Source of the DNA: a virus
Taxonomy: Duplodnaviria; Caudoviricetes
DNA length: 64,000 nucleotides
Virus record (IMG/VR): IMGVR_UViG_3300022173_000189
Span: 6,829 to 70,828 of that record
Direction: 5' to 3' (one strand)
A program made the position numbers and the translations under genes. Below are positions 1 to 9,800 of this stretch, piece by piece (position 1 is the stretch's first letter; each line of letters begins with the position of its first letter). The notes below the pieces were generated by a model, which was not told the DNA's origin, made no database searches, and was given only the letters and a program-made list of their open reading frames with translations.

Positions 1-1
1 C

Positions 2-646
2 GACCCGAACCTCGCCGTTTACTGGAACTGGCTCTCCATCTCTGATCCGTTTGAACCGTCCTCGACCAAGCTCGTGCCGCCTACCCTGGGCGCGCTGCGC
101 TGCATGGCGTTCACGTTCAACCGCGACAAGCCCTGGTATGCCGCTGCCGGTGAAATCCGTGGCAACATCCCCGAAGCCCTGGGCGTGCAGTATCCCAAGG
201 TCACCGAGGACGTGAAGTCCGCGATGTATGGCAACGGCCAGTCGGTGAACCCGATTCTGCTCACCCGTGGCCGCATCCTGGTCTATGGCGAGCGCACGAT
301 GCAGATTGCCGAGTCGAAGCTCTCGGTGGTCCACAATGTCGTGCTCATCAACTACACGGTCAGCGGCCTGGCAGACATTGGACGCCGGTTCGTGTTCGAC
401 CCGAACGACCAGGAACTGCTCGTGCAGATCCGCCTGGCCTTCTCGGAGTTCCTGGACAAGATCAAAAACGAGCGCGGCATTGAGGAGTACAACCTCCGCG
501 TGGATGAGTCCAACAACACGGCTGACACCCGCAACCGCCGTGAAGTCATCGTTGACCTCTCTGTCATCCCGACCGATTCCGCAGAGCGCATCTACATCAA
601 TGCGGTGGTGCGCGAGAGCGGTGCTCAACTCAACTCGACAACGTAA
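2..646 (+). CDS. Contractile tail sheath protein, C-terminal part (5' truncated by window)
   Basis: Frame open from base 2 (DPNLAVYWNWLSISDP..LVPPT); sheath C-terminal motifs VYGERT, RRFVFDPND, RVDESNNT..RNRREVIVDLSVIP. Confidence 0.93.
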   Translation, partial: DPNLAVYWNWLSISDPFEPSSTKLVPPTLGALRCMAFTFNRDKPWYAAAGEIRGNIPEALGVQYPKVTEDVKSAMYGNGQSVNPILLTRGRILVYGERTMQIAESKLSVVHNVVLINYTVSGLADIGRRFVFDPNDQELLVQIRLAFSEFLDKIKNERGIEEYNLRVDESNNTADTRNRREVIVDLSVIPTDSAERIYINAVVRESGAQLNSTT

Positions 647-652
647 TCTCTT

Positions 653-1258
653 ATGCCACGCCTAGCGTTCAAAAACACGTTTGGTTCCCAGAACAGCAAG
701 CTCGACTTGCAGCGCGTCGATCTGTTCAAGCTCACCCTCGTGCTGCCCTCGGCACTGGGAATGGACTGGCGCGAAAACGTCGAGTTCGCCATCGAGAAGT
801 TTCCGTTCCCCGACCGCCAGATGGACCTCCATCCGCTGAAGTACATGCAGCACACCAACTGGCTGCTGGGCGGCGACGCGGCCCGTGGTCCGGTCGAGAT
901 TCCGGTGCGCTATGCCTTTGCGCAGCGCACGGCGGAAGCCCTGGAGAAATGGCTGTGGCTCTGCTCCAACCCGCTCACGGGCGGCGTCGGCCTCACCACT
1001 GAGGTCAAGGCCAAGGGTCTGCTCCGCTGGCTCGTGCCCAACATGCAGCGCCAGATCCAGGACATCCGTGGCAACGCGCAGCCGACTGAGAACACGCTCA
1101 ACGAAGGTCTGGCCCTCCAGTTGGAAGGCTGCATGATCAAGGGGCTGAAGTTCCAGGACGCGAGCATGACTGAATCGACGCCGGTCAACCTGACGTTCAC
1201 CCTCTCGGTGGATGACTGGTATCCGGTTGACCTGAACAACATGCAGGTCACGCAGTAA
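653..1258 (+). CDS. Tail tube protein (gp19-like)
   Basis: Follows sheath; QRVDLFKL, LEKWLWL, LEGCMIKGLKF..VNLTFTLSVD tube-fold pattern. Confidence 0.8.
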   Translation: MPRLAFKNTFGSQNSKLDLQRVDLFKLTLVLPSALGMDWRENVEFAIEKFPFPDRQMDLHPLKYMQHTNWLLGGDAARGPVEIPVRYAFAQRTAEALEKWLWLCSNPLTGGVGLTTEVKAKGLLRWLVPNMQRQIQDIRGNAQPTENTLNEGLALQLEGCMIKGLKFQDASMTESTPVNLTFTLSVDDWYPVDLNNMQVTQ

Positions 1259-1515
1259 TGGCTGCCGCCATTCTCATTCTCAAGCTGGACGCCCCGCCTG
1301 CCGACGCAGCCGGGGCGGCTCCGCAATGCCAGGACTGTGGCTGCGGAGAATGCGAGTGCGGCCCCGCAGAGGTAGAGGCGGCTCCAGCGGACTTGGGCCA
1401 GGTCAAGTATTGGTCCGCGAACGCAGGCCAGTCACCGGCCAGAGAGGCAGTGATCGATGCGGTCGAGTCCATCCACCGCCAGAAGAAGAGTGACGTGAAA
1501 CGCGAATTGCTATGA
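1258..1515 (+). CDS. Hypothetical protein with Cys cluster
   Basis: 85 aa, stop/start overlap with tube gene; CQDCGCGECECG. Confidence 0.6.
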   Translation: MAAAILILKLDAPPADAAGAAPQCQDCGCGECECGPAEVEAAPADLGQVKYWSANAGQSPAREAVIDAVESIHRQKKSDVKRELL

Positions 1516-2021
1516 GGCCAAAGGGACAGGTCTTCATCTCCAAAGTTGTTGATGGTGCCGGAAAGCACATCGCGCTCGACCGTGCCATCAAGTATGGCTG
1601 GGTCAAGGGCAAGCTGACCGAGGAGGGCATTGATGTCGGCTCGAATCTCTTCGTCGATAACGGTCGCCAGCTCATCGCCTATGCCTTCGGCTTCCGCAGC
1701 CCCATCCAGGATTACGTCTGCTCCAAGTTCGGCGTGGGTACCGGCACCGTGGCAGCCAAGGTGACTGACGTGGCGCTCCAGTCGCCCGTGACGCTCGCCA
1801 GCGGCCAGACCCTGGCCAACGTGGACACCATCGACTTCCTGACAGCGTTCGTCGTGCGCGTGGCGTTCACCCTGGGCCTTTCGGACGCCAACGGCTACGC
1901 GGTGACCGAGTTCGGCCTCTTCAGCGGCAACAACACGCTCCTGGCGCGCAAGGTGCGCAGCGTGGCCATCAACAAGACTTCTGACTTCAGCCCAACCATA
2001 ACCTGGCGTCTTCGCTTCTAA
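1512..2021 (+). CDS. Tail-collar/fibre-attachment-like structural protein
   Basis: FGVGTG..TDVAL, TEFGLF..LLARKV..INKTSDF..ITWRLRF pattern typical of tail-collar fibre proteins. Confidence 0.7.
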   Translation: MRPKGQVFISKVVDGAGKHIALDRAIKYGWVKGKLTEEGIDVGSNLFVDNGRQLIAYAFGFRSPIQDYVCSKFGVGTGTVAAKVTDVALQSPVTLASGQTLANVDTIDFLTAFVVRVAFTLGLSDANGYAVTEFGLFSGNNTLLARKVRSVAINKTSDFSPTITWRLRF

Positions 2022-2026
2022 CTCCT

Positions 2027-2470
2027 ATGAAACCCCTCTTCCATGTCCAGCCCGTCAACAAGACCATCTGCCAAGCCCTGGGTGAATCCTACGAGGAAGC
2101 GGTGGAGCAGAAGCTCGGTGAGCTGAAGACCAAGTTCATCGCCCGGATGACCCGCGCCGGTAAGCCCGACCCGGAAGGTGACTGGCAGCGCGCCGAGGCG
2201 ACCTACCGCAACATGCTCCAGAACGACCCTGACGTTCGCAGTCAGATGCAGAACGGCCAGCGCAATCAGGGAGGCCAACAGCAGGCTCCGTCAGCGCCTG
2301 CTCCAGCCGCAGGTGGCGGCGGTGGACCTGCCTCCATCGGCAAGGAAATCTACGGCCTGGCGGATCAAGTCCGCAGCTCAGTTGGTCCTGAAGTGGAAGG
2401 GACGATCCACCAGATCATGCAGCTCGCCATGCAACTGACGCAGGGCGCGGGCGCGGCTAGTCAGCCTTGA
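2027..2470 (+). CDS. Hypothetical Q/A/G-rich protein
   Basis: 147-aa ORF with phage-typical codon usage. Confidence 0.7.
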   Translation: MKPLFHVQPVNKTICQALGESYEEAVEQKLGELKTKFIARMTRAGKPDPEGDWQRAEATYRNMLQNDPDVRSQMQNGQRNQGGQQQAPSAPAPAAGGGGGPASIGKEIYGLADQVRSSVGPEVEGTIHQIMQLAMQLTQGAGAASQP

Positions 2471-2792
2471 GCGCCGCGACGAGTTCCTGGAAGCTCCTGT
2501 CTCCAGTGAAGCTCGACGCATTCTCGATGTGGTGGTTCTCGACGTTGTGAACGAAGTCGTTCGCGGCCTGAATCACCCTCTCCGCCCGGCCCGACATCGC
2601 GTGCAGTGACGCGGGCCACTTCAAGGCGTCCTTCATCCTGTTCCCCATCTGTGCGGCCTGGGCACTCTCCAGCGTGGACGTGCCGTAGGTGATTACCTGG
2701 TCGCGCTTGCCATCGTGGGCGAGGATGACGACGTGGGTTAGGCCGAACTCTTTGGCGAGTTCCTTGGCGGTCTCGAATTCAATATCACTCAT
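2457..2792 (-). CDS. Hypothetical protein
   Basis: ORF from internal ATG (MSDIEF), coupled to upstream ORF. Confidence 0.65.
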   Translation of the reverse strand: MSDIEFETAKELAKEFGLTHVVILAHDGKRDQVITYGTSTLESAQAAQMGNRMKDALKWPASLHAMSGRAERVIQAANDFVHNVENHHIENASSFTGDRSFQELVAALKAD

Positions 2793-3144
2793 AGGGGTGG
2801 AATGCGGCCGTACCGGCAGAGCTGCCACGGTGCGTGCAGCAGAGCTGCTGGCCGTTGTGCGTAACGATGTCGCCTACCTCGTAGGCATTGGTGAACACTG
2901 GCTCGAAGGTCAGGATGCCGAGATGCTTGATGACCGGCCAGGTGTCGATGTCACACTGGATGGCTTCGAGGTCCGGCTGCCGGAGACAGTGAAGCTTGAT
3001 GTGAGTCTGGGTGGGAGACCGTTTGACCACTTCAATCGTGCAGTCCTCGACAGCGAAGATGGAGGCCAGGAGGAACTCAGCCTGGAATGCGAGCTGTTCC
3101 CAGTCAGCAGGGACGTGGAGCAGCTCAGTCTTTGCGTCGCCCAT
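2785..3144 (-). CDS. Hypothetical protein
   Basis: ORF from ATG (MGDAKTE) in a run of coupled minus-strand ORFs. Confidence 0.6.
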   Translation of the reverse strand: MGDAKTELLHVPADWEQLAFQAEFLLASIFAVEDCTIEVVKRSPTQTHIKLHCLRQPDLEAIQCDIDTWPVIKHLGILTFEPVFTNAYEVGDIVTHNGQQLCCTHRGSSAGTAAFHPYE

Positions 3145-3334
3145 ACTTCCACTCCAAGAGCCACTGGATGCCAACGACAAGGGTCGTGATGAGGATCAAG
3201 ACTCCTGCCTGTGCCCACCACCAGTAACGGCCTCGCTCAATGCCTGGAGATGACATGGAAATGACGAACGCGATGAGCCAGCCAAGGTAACCGAACTTGG
3301 CCAGCTTCATGTAGCGCCAGAGGCGGGCAATCAT
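3125..3334 (-). CDS. Small membrane protein
   Basis: 69 aa, two hydrophobic stretches. Confidence 0.55.
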   Translation of the reverse strand: MIARLWRYMKLAKFGYLGWLIAFVISMSSPGIERGRYWWWAQAGVLILITTLVVGIQWLLEWKYGRRKD

Positions 3335-3537
3335 GGTTGGTTCGACTTTGAGACTTTGTTAGGGGCCACCGTGCGCGTTGCATTGGTCAACACTGTGACC
3401 ACACCAGCCTGCTGTTCCGGCCAGGTGGCCACAGTGTAGTAGCGGTTATCAGGCACGCGGCAGGTTTGACGAACTTCTCCGTCAGTCTTCAACGGGTCTG
3501 CCAGGTAACGTAATAGTAAATCAGCCGACAATCTCAT
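3331..3537 (-). CDS. Hypothetical protein
   Basis: ATGA overlap with upstream HTH gene. Confidence 0.55.
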   Translation of the reverse strand: MRLSADLLLRYLADPLKTDGEVRQTCRVPDNRYYTVATWPEQQAGVVTVLTNATRTVAPNKVSKSNQP

Positions 3538-4043
3538 GCAGCCTTTGGTCTGGTGCCTTCTACCTTCTCCGCAAAGCACTCCTTGCGGTTCTTGCCGGTC
3601 ATGCGCCAGTGGAAGTTGCGGATGAGCTGGCCACCTGCATTACGAACCACGCCGCTGGTGAGGCCAGCCTCGACCACGATGAAGTACTCGTTGCTCCACT
3701 TGATGAGATCACCTGACTTGAACGGGGGCTTCTTGGTCGGAACCCAGCCAGCCCAACGCTTGCAGACGCGGTGGACGTTCTGTTTGGTCATGCCGCCCAG
3801 GCGACGGCCCACTTCCTTCATCGGCAGGGTCTCAACCAGCTCAAGAATCTTCCGGTGCTCCACGCTGGGCTGGTCGTACGGGCGACGGCCCTTGGCACGT
3901 TTGGAGATGCGCGCCTTGCGCGCCCACACGGACACAGTGGACTTGGACACGCCCTTTTCCTTGGCGATCTGCTTGGTCGTCTTCTTGTTGGCCTTGTAGT
4001 CAGCCAACGCGCTCAACACATCATTCTCAGTTGTATTTGTCAT
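3534..4043 (-). CDS. Helix-turn-helix DNA-binding protein (two HTH-like segments)
   Basis: TKQIAKEKGVSKSTVSVWARK and MKEVGRRLGGMTKQNVHRVCKR. Confidence 0.75.
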   Translation of the reverse strand: MTNTTENDVLSALADYKANKKTTKQIAKEKGVSKSTVSVWARKARISKRAKGRRPYDQPSVEHRKILELVETLPMKEVGRRLGGMTKQNVHRVCKRWAGWVPTKKPPFKSGDLIKWSNEYFIVVEAGLTSGVVRNAGGQLIRNFHWRMTGKNRKECFAEKVEGTRPKAA

Positions 4044-4126
4044 ACGATTTACACTACTTACTCACAAGAAATTCACAACCCATGCAAGTCAACAATTAAG
4101 GATTTTCTGTTGAGGACGGGGTGCCA

Positions 4127-4369
4127 TTACTTGTCTTCCGATGAGCAGGACCGGCTGAAGATTGCCTTGATCAGACTGGTGGCAATGCACAGTGGCAGGG
4201 TCATCGGTAAAGTCAGAACGAGCCACTTCATAAAGAAGAACGCCGTGTAGGCCGCAGCAGGCAGCAGCACCCAGGCGTAGAGCCAACCCTGGCTGTACAC
4301 TTCGATGTCATACTCGAACGCGGCCAGGAGGATCTTCAGGTAGGCGACGAAGATGTCAGAGGCAGTCAT
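4127..4369 (-). CDS. Small membrane protein
   Basis: 80 aa, mostly hydrophobic. Confidence 0.6.
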   Translation of the reverse strand: MTASDIFVAYLKILLAAFEYDIEVYSQGWLYAWVLLPAAAYTAFFFMKWLVLTLPMTLPLCIATSLIKAIFSRSCSSEDK

Positions 4370-4752
4370 GGCTTTTGAGCTAGTTGTTCAGCGATCTCAG
4401 CGTTCAACGTCTTGAGCAGTTCGTTCAGGTCATTGCGAAAGTCCGGGCACGGGAGGATGACCGGCGACTCCGCGATTTTACAGAGAACCGAGAGGTCGTC
4501 CATCGTTAGCCGCCAGGTCGTGAACGCCGGGTTTTCTCTTTCAGCCAGACAGCCGTCAACCGTAAGACACTGGGCCTTTGCGTGGTCGATGCCGAGCTTG
4601 TTCAGCAGGCCAAACAGGAGACCTCCAGGCTTTGACGCCTGCCTGCACTTTCCGTCGTAGTGATGCACGGATGCGACGAACAGCAGGACGGCCTCGCAGT
4701 AGCTGAACTCTACTTCGGTCTCCGGCATGTAAAGTGTGAACAAGGTCTTCAT
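4366..4752 (-). CDS. Hypothetical protein
   Basis: 128-aa ORF, ATGA-coupled. Confidence 0.6.
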   Translation of the reverse strand: MKTLFTLYMPETEVEFSYCEAVLLFVASVHHYDGKCRQASKPGGLLFGLLNKLGIDHAKAQCLTVDGCLAERENPAFTTWRLTMDDLSVLCKIAESPVILPCPDFRNDLNELLKTLNAEIAEQLAQKP

Positions 4753-4883
4753 CGGTTCGACACGAGTAAATCGACGGCTCTAATCTGTTTCCTGACCAGG
4801 CAGTGCTCACGGTTCAGCATCTTCATCCGCCTGCGGAGGCGATCACGCTGACTGGTCAGCTTCCATTTAACTTTCGCGGTCAC
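4749..4883 (-). CDS. Small basic hypothetical protein (44 aa, not in ORF track)
   Basis: GTGA and ATGA overlaps with both neighbours; MTAKVKWKLTSQRDRLRRRMKMLNREH.. Confidence 0.45.
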   Translation of the reverse strand: MTAKVKWKLTSQRDRLRRRMKMLNREHCLVRKQIRAVDLLVSNR

Positions 4884-5533
4884 TTGGTTTTCTTGTCCGC
4901 AATGGGCGTCAAGGTGACGGTGTTTGGCAGCGCCAGGGTCAACGGCACCTGCTGCGCAGCAGTGAAGTCCTTCCAGCGGCGTTCATGGAAGTCAGGCTTG
5001 GGTATGACCACCTTCTCCGTGCTCAACGGGTTTTCCACTTTGAGCGAATCCGCCACCGCCTGGATGGCAGTGAAGAACCGCTCGTAGCGCACACGGCTAA
5101 AGCTTCCGTCATCAGCCAGGAACACCTTGGAATTGAACTTGGCTGCCAAGGTCTCCACCACGTAGTCGTTCACGTCGAGCTTGGCGTTCGCCTCCTCCAG
5201 CATGTCGAACGTCTTCTCCACCAAGGCAGGATCAGTGTTGTTGTACTTGCTGGTAAAAGAGACGCGGATGGACTCACCCCTGTCGTCCACCAGGACAACG
5301 CTGGAGATGGGGCTGGCCGGGTCCGCGCAGTTGCGGGGCAGGATCTCGACCAGGGCTTCCTCTTTGAGCAGGACCGCGAGTTCCTTCATGGTCTCCTCTG
5401 CTGCCTTCTTTTCGGCAGCAGCCTCGTTGTAGTCACGGACATCCGTGCCGGAGATTTCAATGGTGAGGATGTCAGAGGTCCGAGTTGGTTCAGACTTTCG
5501 GACCAGGCGTCTAGGGAGCTTTTTAAGTGGCAT
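4880..5533 (-). CDS. Hypothetical protein
   Basis: ATG 5533 (MPLKKLP) lies just downstream of a sigma70-like promoter. Confidence 0.75.
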   Translation of the reverse strand: MPLKKLPRRLVRKSEPTRTSDILTIEISGTDVRDYNEAAAEKKAAEETMKELAVLLKEEALVEILPRNCADPASPISSVVLVDDRGESIRVSFTSKYNNTDPALVEKTFDMLEEANAKLDVNDYVVETLAAKFNSKVFLADDGSFSRVRYERFFTAIQAVADSLKVENPLSTEKVVIPKPDFHERRWKDFTAAQQVPLTLALPNTVTLTPIADKKTK

Positions 5534-5543
5534 ATCTACAGAG

Positions 5544-5584
5544 AACGTAGCACCACTCTCCAGTGCCGTCAACACTATTGTTTA
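5544..5584 (-). promoter_or_regulatory. Sigma70-like early promoter with conserved 17-mer
   Basis: TAAACAATAGTGTTGACG-N17-TACGTT on minus strand. Confidence 0.7.
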
Positions 5585-6850
5585 CTGTATGATGACTGCG
5601 GGGATGGTGGACTGGAGCTGACCTCCAAAACGGTCGGTTGCGGTGACCACGCCCTGGACGGCACCGCCAGCCGGATAGCCCAGAGTGTCCACCATGACGC
5701 TGCGGCCCCAGAGGACCAAGGTGGAGGGGAGCACACCTGTAGGCTGAAGGAACTGCCAGCGGTAAGTCACGATGTCACCCTGCGGGTCCACGGCGGTGGC
5801 CACGTAGCGCACCTTGGCATCTGCGGCCACGGTGTCAGGATTGGGGTGGGCGTCACTGGCCGAGAGGTCCAGCTCGATCTCCGTCGCGATGGTCTGGCGA
5901 TAGACCTTGAAGGTCATGTCCTCGGCCACCGTGTTGGCGACCAGGAAGACATCCACGGGCACGTCGATGGTCTTGCCGGTCGTGGTGTTGGCCACCGTGA
6001 CGATGGCGCGCTTTGGCCCGCCCGTCTCATTCTCGATGGACTTGACCACGCTGTTCTTGAGCGAGTTGCCCGCCAGCACTTCCGTCACGCCGGTCGAGAA
6101 GGAGTTGCTGGCCCAGCCGTTGGTGCCGTAGAAGCTCCAGAGGAAGTCCAGGGTGTTCACCACGTCGCTGGAGAAGACCACGAAGCTCACCGAGCGGCCT
6201 GTGCCGATGCGATGGTCGGGCAGCGTGGTGGCGTCCGCTGTCAGCGTGTTGACCTCGGTGCTGGCCGTGATGGCCGGTGGTGGAGGGACGCCGCCGCGCA
6301 GGGAGAAGTCGATGACCGTGGTGCCGCCCGCCGTATCGACCAGCTTGGCGAAGATGGTCTGGGTCTCCTCGACCACGCGGGTGAACACGTTGAGCGTGCC
6401 GTTGTACTGCGCCACGGTTCCGGCGTAGGTGCCGTCAATCAGTCCGAGCGTTCCGCTGGTGCCACCGCCCAGCGGCACGTCCTCCGCGTCATACCAGAAG
6501 AAGGAAATCTGCTCGTTCTCCACGTCGTAGGCGCGGATGGCAATCACCGAGGTGAACGGGAAGAAGTTGTCGTTTTGCGAGATGCTCGGACTGGAGGCAA
6601 TGCTCGGCGGGTTGTTGACCTCCAGGCTGCCGCTGCGCACCTGATACTGCCCGTCCTCGGCCACGATGGTCACCGTGAAGCGCAGCAGGTTCCCGTCGTG
6701 CGGGTCGCCGCCCATGTTCAGCTTCTTGGTCGTGTAGGGGATGGCCGTCGCGCTCGTCGTTCCATCCCACCAGTCCCAGACGTAGGCGTAGTTGCCAGCG
6801 GGAACTCCGGTGATGGTGAACTCAGCGGTCGTGCCTACTTGGTGTCTCAT
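5582..6850 (-). CDS. Virion structural protein with PKD/Ig-like domains
   Basis: YVWDWWDGT and DPQGDIVTYRW motifs; beta-rich T/V/S composition; coupled to 1525-aa gene. Confidence 0.7.
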   Translation of the reverse strand: MRHQVGTTAEFTITGVPAGNYAYVWDWWDGTTSATAIPYTTKKLNMGGDPHDGNLLRFTVTIVAEDGQYQVRSGSLEVNNPPSIASSPSISQNDNFFPFTSVIAIRAYDVENEQISFFWYDAEDVPLGGGTSGTLGLIDGTYAGTVAQYNGTLNVFTRVVEETQTIFAKLVDTAGGTTVIDFSLRGGVPPPPAITASTEVNTLTADATTLPDHRIGTGRSVSFVVFSSDVVNTLDFLWSFYGTNGWASNSFSTGVTEVLAGNSLKNSVVKSIENETGGPKRAIVTVANTTTGKTIDVPVDVFLVANTVAEDMTFKVYRQTIATEIELDLSASDAHPNPDTVAADAKVRYVATAVDPQGDIVTYRWQFLQPTGVLPSTLVLWGRSVMVDTLGYPAGGAVQGVVTATDRFGGQLQSTIPAVIIQ

Positions 6851-9800
6851 AGCGTGCCAACGAAAATGGTGCCAAAGGACGGGAACGCCAGCGTGCCTGC
6901 ATCAGCGATCACCACATCGAAGTTGGTGCCGCTGCGGAAGAGCAGGTCGCTGCGCTTGAGCGGCGTGCTGCCGGTGATGATGTCCGAGAGGGGAGCCGTG
7001 CTGACCACCGTGTCGTTCTGCGTGTAGATGGTGGACTCGTGGTCCCAGCGCACCACGGTGCCATAGCTGTTCAAGCTGGCCAGCCAGCCACCTGGGATGG
7101 AGCCGGTCGAGGTGCCGCTGGCCACCGCAGGGTAAAGCACGATGGAGGGACTCGTGCCGCTGCTGCCGATGGTCACCTTGTAAAGCTCCGTGGACATCCG
7201 CCGCAGCCGGTAGCTGTTGATGACGAGCTGGCGCTGGGTGCCGCGCTTGGGTTCGCTGAAGGCGTTGGTCCAGTCGAAGGACAGGAGCCACTCGCCAATC
7301 ACGCCCGAATCCAGCTCGAACTCGAACTCGTCGGTGCCCGTGGCGTTGTAGCCGGTCTTCCCGGAGAGGAGACGCCGCTGGAGGATGGCGGAGTCCACTG
7401 TGATCTCGACCACGAAGCCGTCGAAGTCCTCGTCGAGCTGGCCGATGTTGCTCGACTCCACTTCGAGCCGGTAGGTGCCAGGGACGAGCGTGCCCGTATT
7501 GGTGAACTCCAGGACGCCGTTGTCGTCGAGCGCGGCCACCGCAGGCGTCTGCTCATTGCCAAATGCCGAGTCGTTGTCCGCCTCGGTCCAGCGTGTCCAG
7601 GCATCGGTGACGTTCTCGACCACCTGGCTGTTGAGATACATCCAGAGCGGAGGCCGGGTGAGCGTGCCGCTGTCAGCCTTCTGATAAACGATGCTGCCCG
7701 AAGTCACGGAGAGGATGGTGCCGGGCGCGGCCACAACCACCTCAGCGCCGGTCGGCTGATCCGCATAACGCAGGCTCAGCGGGTGGAGCACCTGCACCTT
7801 CGTTGTGCCGTTGGTCAGCACCTGGACGTGTCCGGTGGCCGAGACCGTGGAGTAGCTGAAGAGCGTGCCTGCCGTGACCTCAAGCTGGCCGGGGTAGATG
7901 GTGCCCTGGGCCGTGAAGACCGACACGCTGCCGGTGCTCGTGACTTCCTGGAAGATCCGGTTCACGGCCAGCTCGTCGTCACTGCGCTCGCGCACGGTGC
8001 GTTCAGCCTGCATGGAGACGGTGCCCGCCAGCGACAGCAGGGTCACCTCATAGACGTAGTTGTCGTCACCACGAATCCAGGCCGCTTCCCGCACCGGGTT
8101 GGTCTCGGTGATGTTGTTGGGCCAGGGGTTGTTGGTGCCGCTGCTGACCATTGTCGCCACCGTGCCGCTGCTCGTGCTGCCGGAGGAGAGGACCAGGTAG
8201 GTGCCTGCGGCGCTGCTGGCGCTCCAGACAGCGTTGACGCCGGGCAGCTCACCGTCGCTCGTGCTGACCACGGTCTGGCCACCGGCAGTGACGTTGTAAA
8301 ACTGCTGGCCCAGCCGATAGACGGCGGGCAACTGACGGCCACCGCCCAGGCCGACTTCCTTGAAGCGCGACTCGCCCTGATAGCGGCCCGTGCTGTCGTA
8401 GCGGCGGACCAGCGCCAGCTTGGGCGTGCGCAGCCAGGCGGGCGGCGCGATGGGCGTGACGAAGCCCGTCTCCTGGACGAAGAAGGTGTAGCGGTCGTGC
8501 CGGTTGAGCGTCTCGAAGAGACCGACCCGGTAGGTGACGGCGGTCTTGACCGGCCCGTGATTGCGGATGCGCGCCAGGTCGAGGGCCGTCTTGGTCATCT
8601 CCCACATGCGCAGGTCGCGCAGCGAGAAGGCCCGTGGACCACCGACAATCTCCAGCATCTCGTCCAGCTCGTTGAACGACCGGATGGAGGTCGATAGCAA
8701 GGTGTAGGTCGGTGCGGTGCCCAGCGTACCCACGCCGTAGAGCAGCTCGGTGTTGGTCAGCGCCAGCGCGATGTAGTTGAAATCGTTGACGGTGATCGGG
8801 ATGGTGACCGCCAGGTAGCGCGTCGCGTCTGCATTCTCCAGATAGACCAGGAGCGAGGACGCCACGTTGTCCAATTCAATTGACAGCGGCCCGTAGGTCA
8901 AGATGGCCTGCTGACCGGCCACGCCAGTGGAATCCTCCGGGCGGACCCAGAAGGTCATGGTGAAGCCGTCGCTCTCGTCACGCGCTGCGGAGCGCCAGAC
9001 CACCGTTCCGGGGCGGAAGCGCGTGGACCATCCGTAGCTGCTGAAGGTGCGGTCGGCGGGCAGCAGGCTGATGTAGCCGATGTCGGCCACCTTGGCGATG
9101 CGGTCCACCGGCATCAGGTCATCCTCGGCGTGCTCGTTGAAGGGCATCCAGCAGGCGAGCATCTCGCGATGGTGGAGCGCATTGAATCCAACGGGGTCGG
9201 CGACCAGGACGCCATTGACCAGGCCGATGTGGAAGAGTTCCGCGCCCGTGTTCAACAGCGTGTCCAGGTCCGTCTTGCTGTTGACCAGCGCAATGTCATC
9301 CGCCGAGAGCGTGGCGAGGTCTTTGAATGTGCCCTTGAAGCCGATGGCCACCTGGCCCGGCTCATAATTCTCGTAGTCGCGGGGGCTGGAGGTGAAGCGC
9401 ACGACGCCGGTCGCAGGCGACTCGATGCCGTACACGTTGTATTCCACGCCGTCATGGCCGGGCACTGCCAGCGCCGTCTGCACCACGTCCGTGGCCACGT
9501 CCTCCACGCTGCTCAGGTAGCTGTCCACCTCGGCGGACTCGCCGCCGATCACGAGGTCACGACGCCAGGGATACTCGTCGGCAAGCTGGTCGAGCGAATC
9601 CACGTCATCTTCAGGCCGGGCCTGGTAGGAGACGGTGCCGTCATACTTCTCCTGCAAGGTCGGCTCTGGTCGGATGACCTCGGTCGAAGTGAGCGTCCAG
9701 CGCGCCACGACGTTGGTGCCCGTGCCTGCTGTGGCCAGGGTGAACCGATACGCGCCGTTGCTGTTGTCCAGCGAGCCGGTCAGGCCCGGTGCCTTGTAGT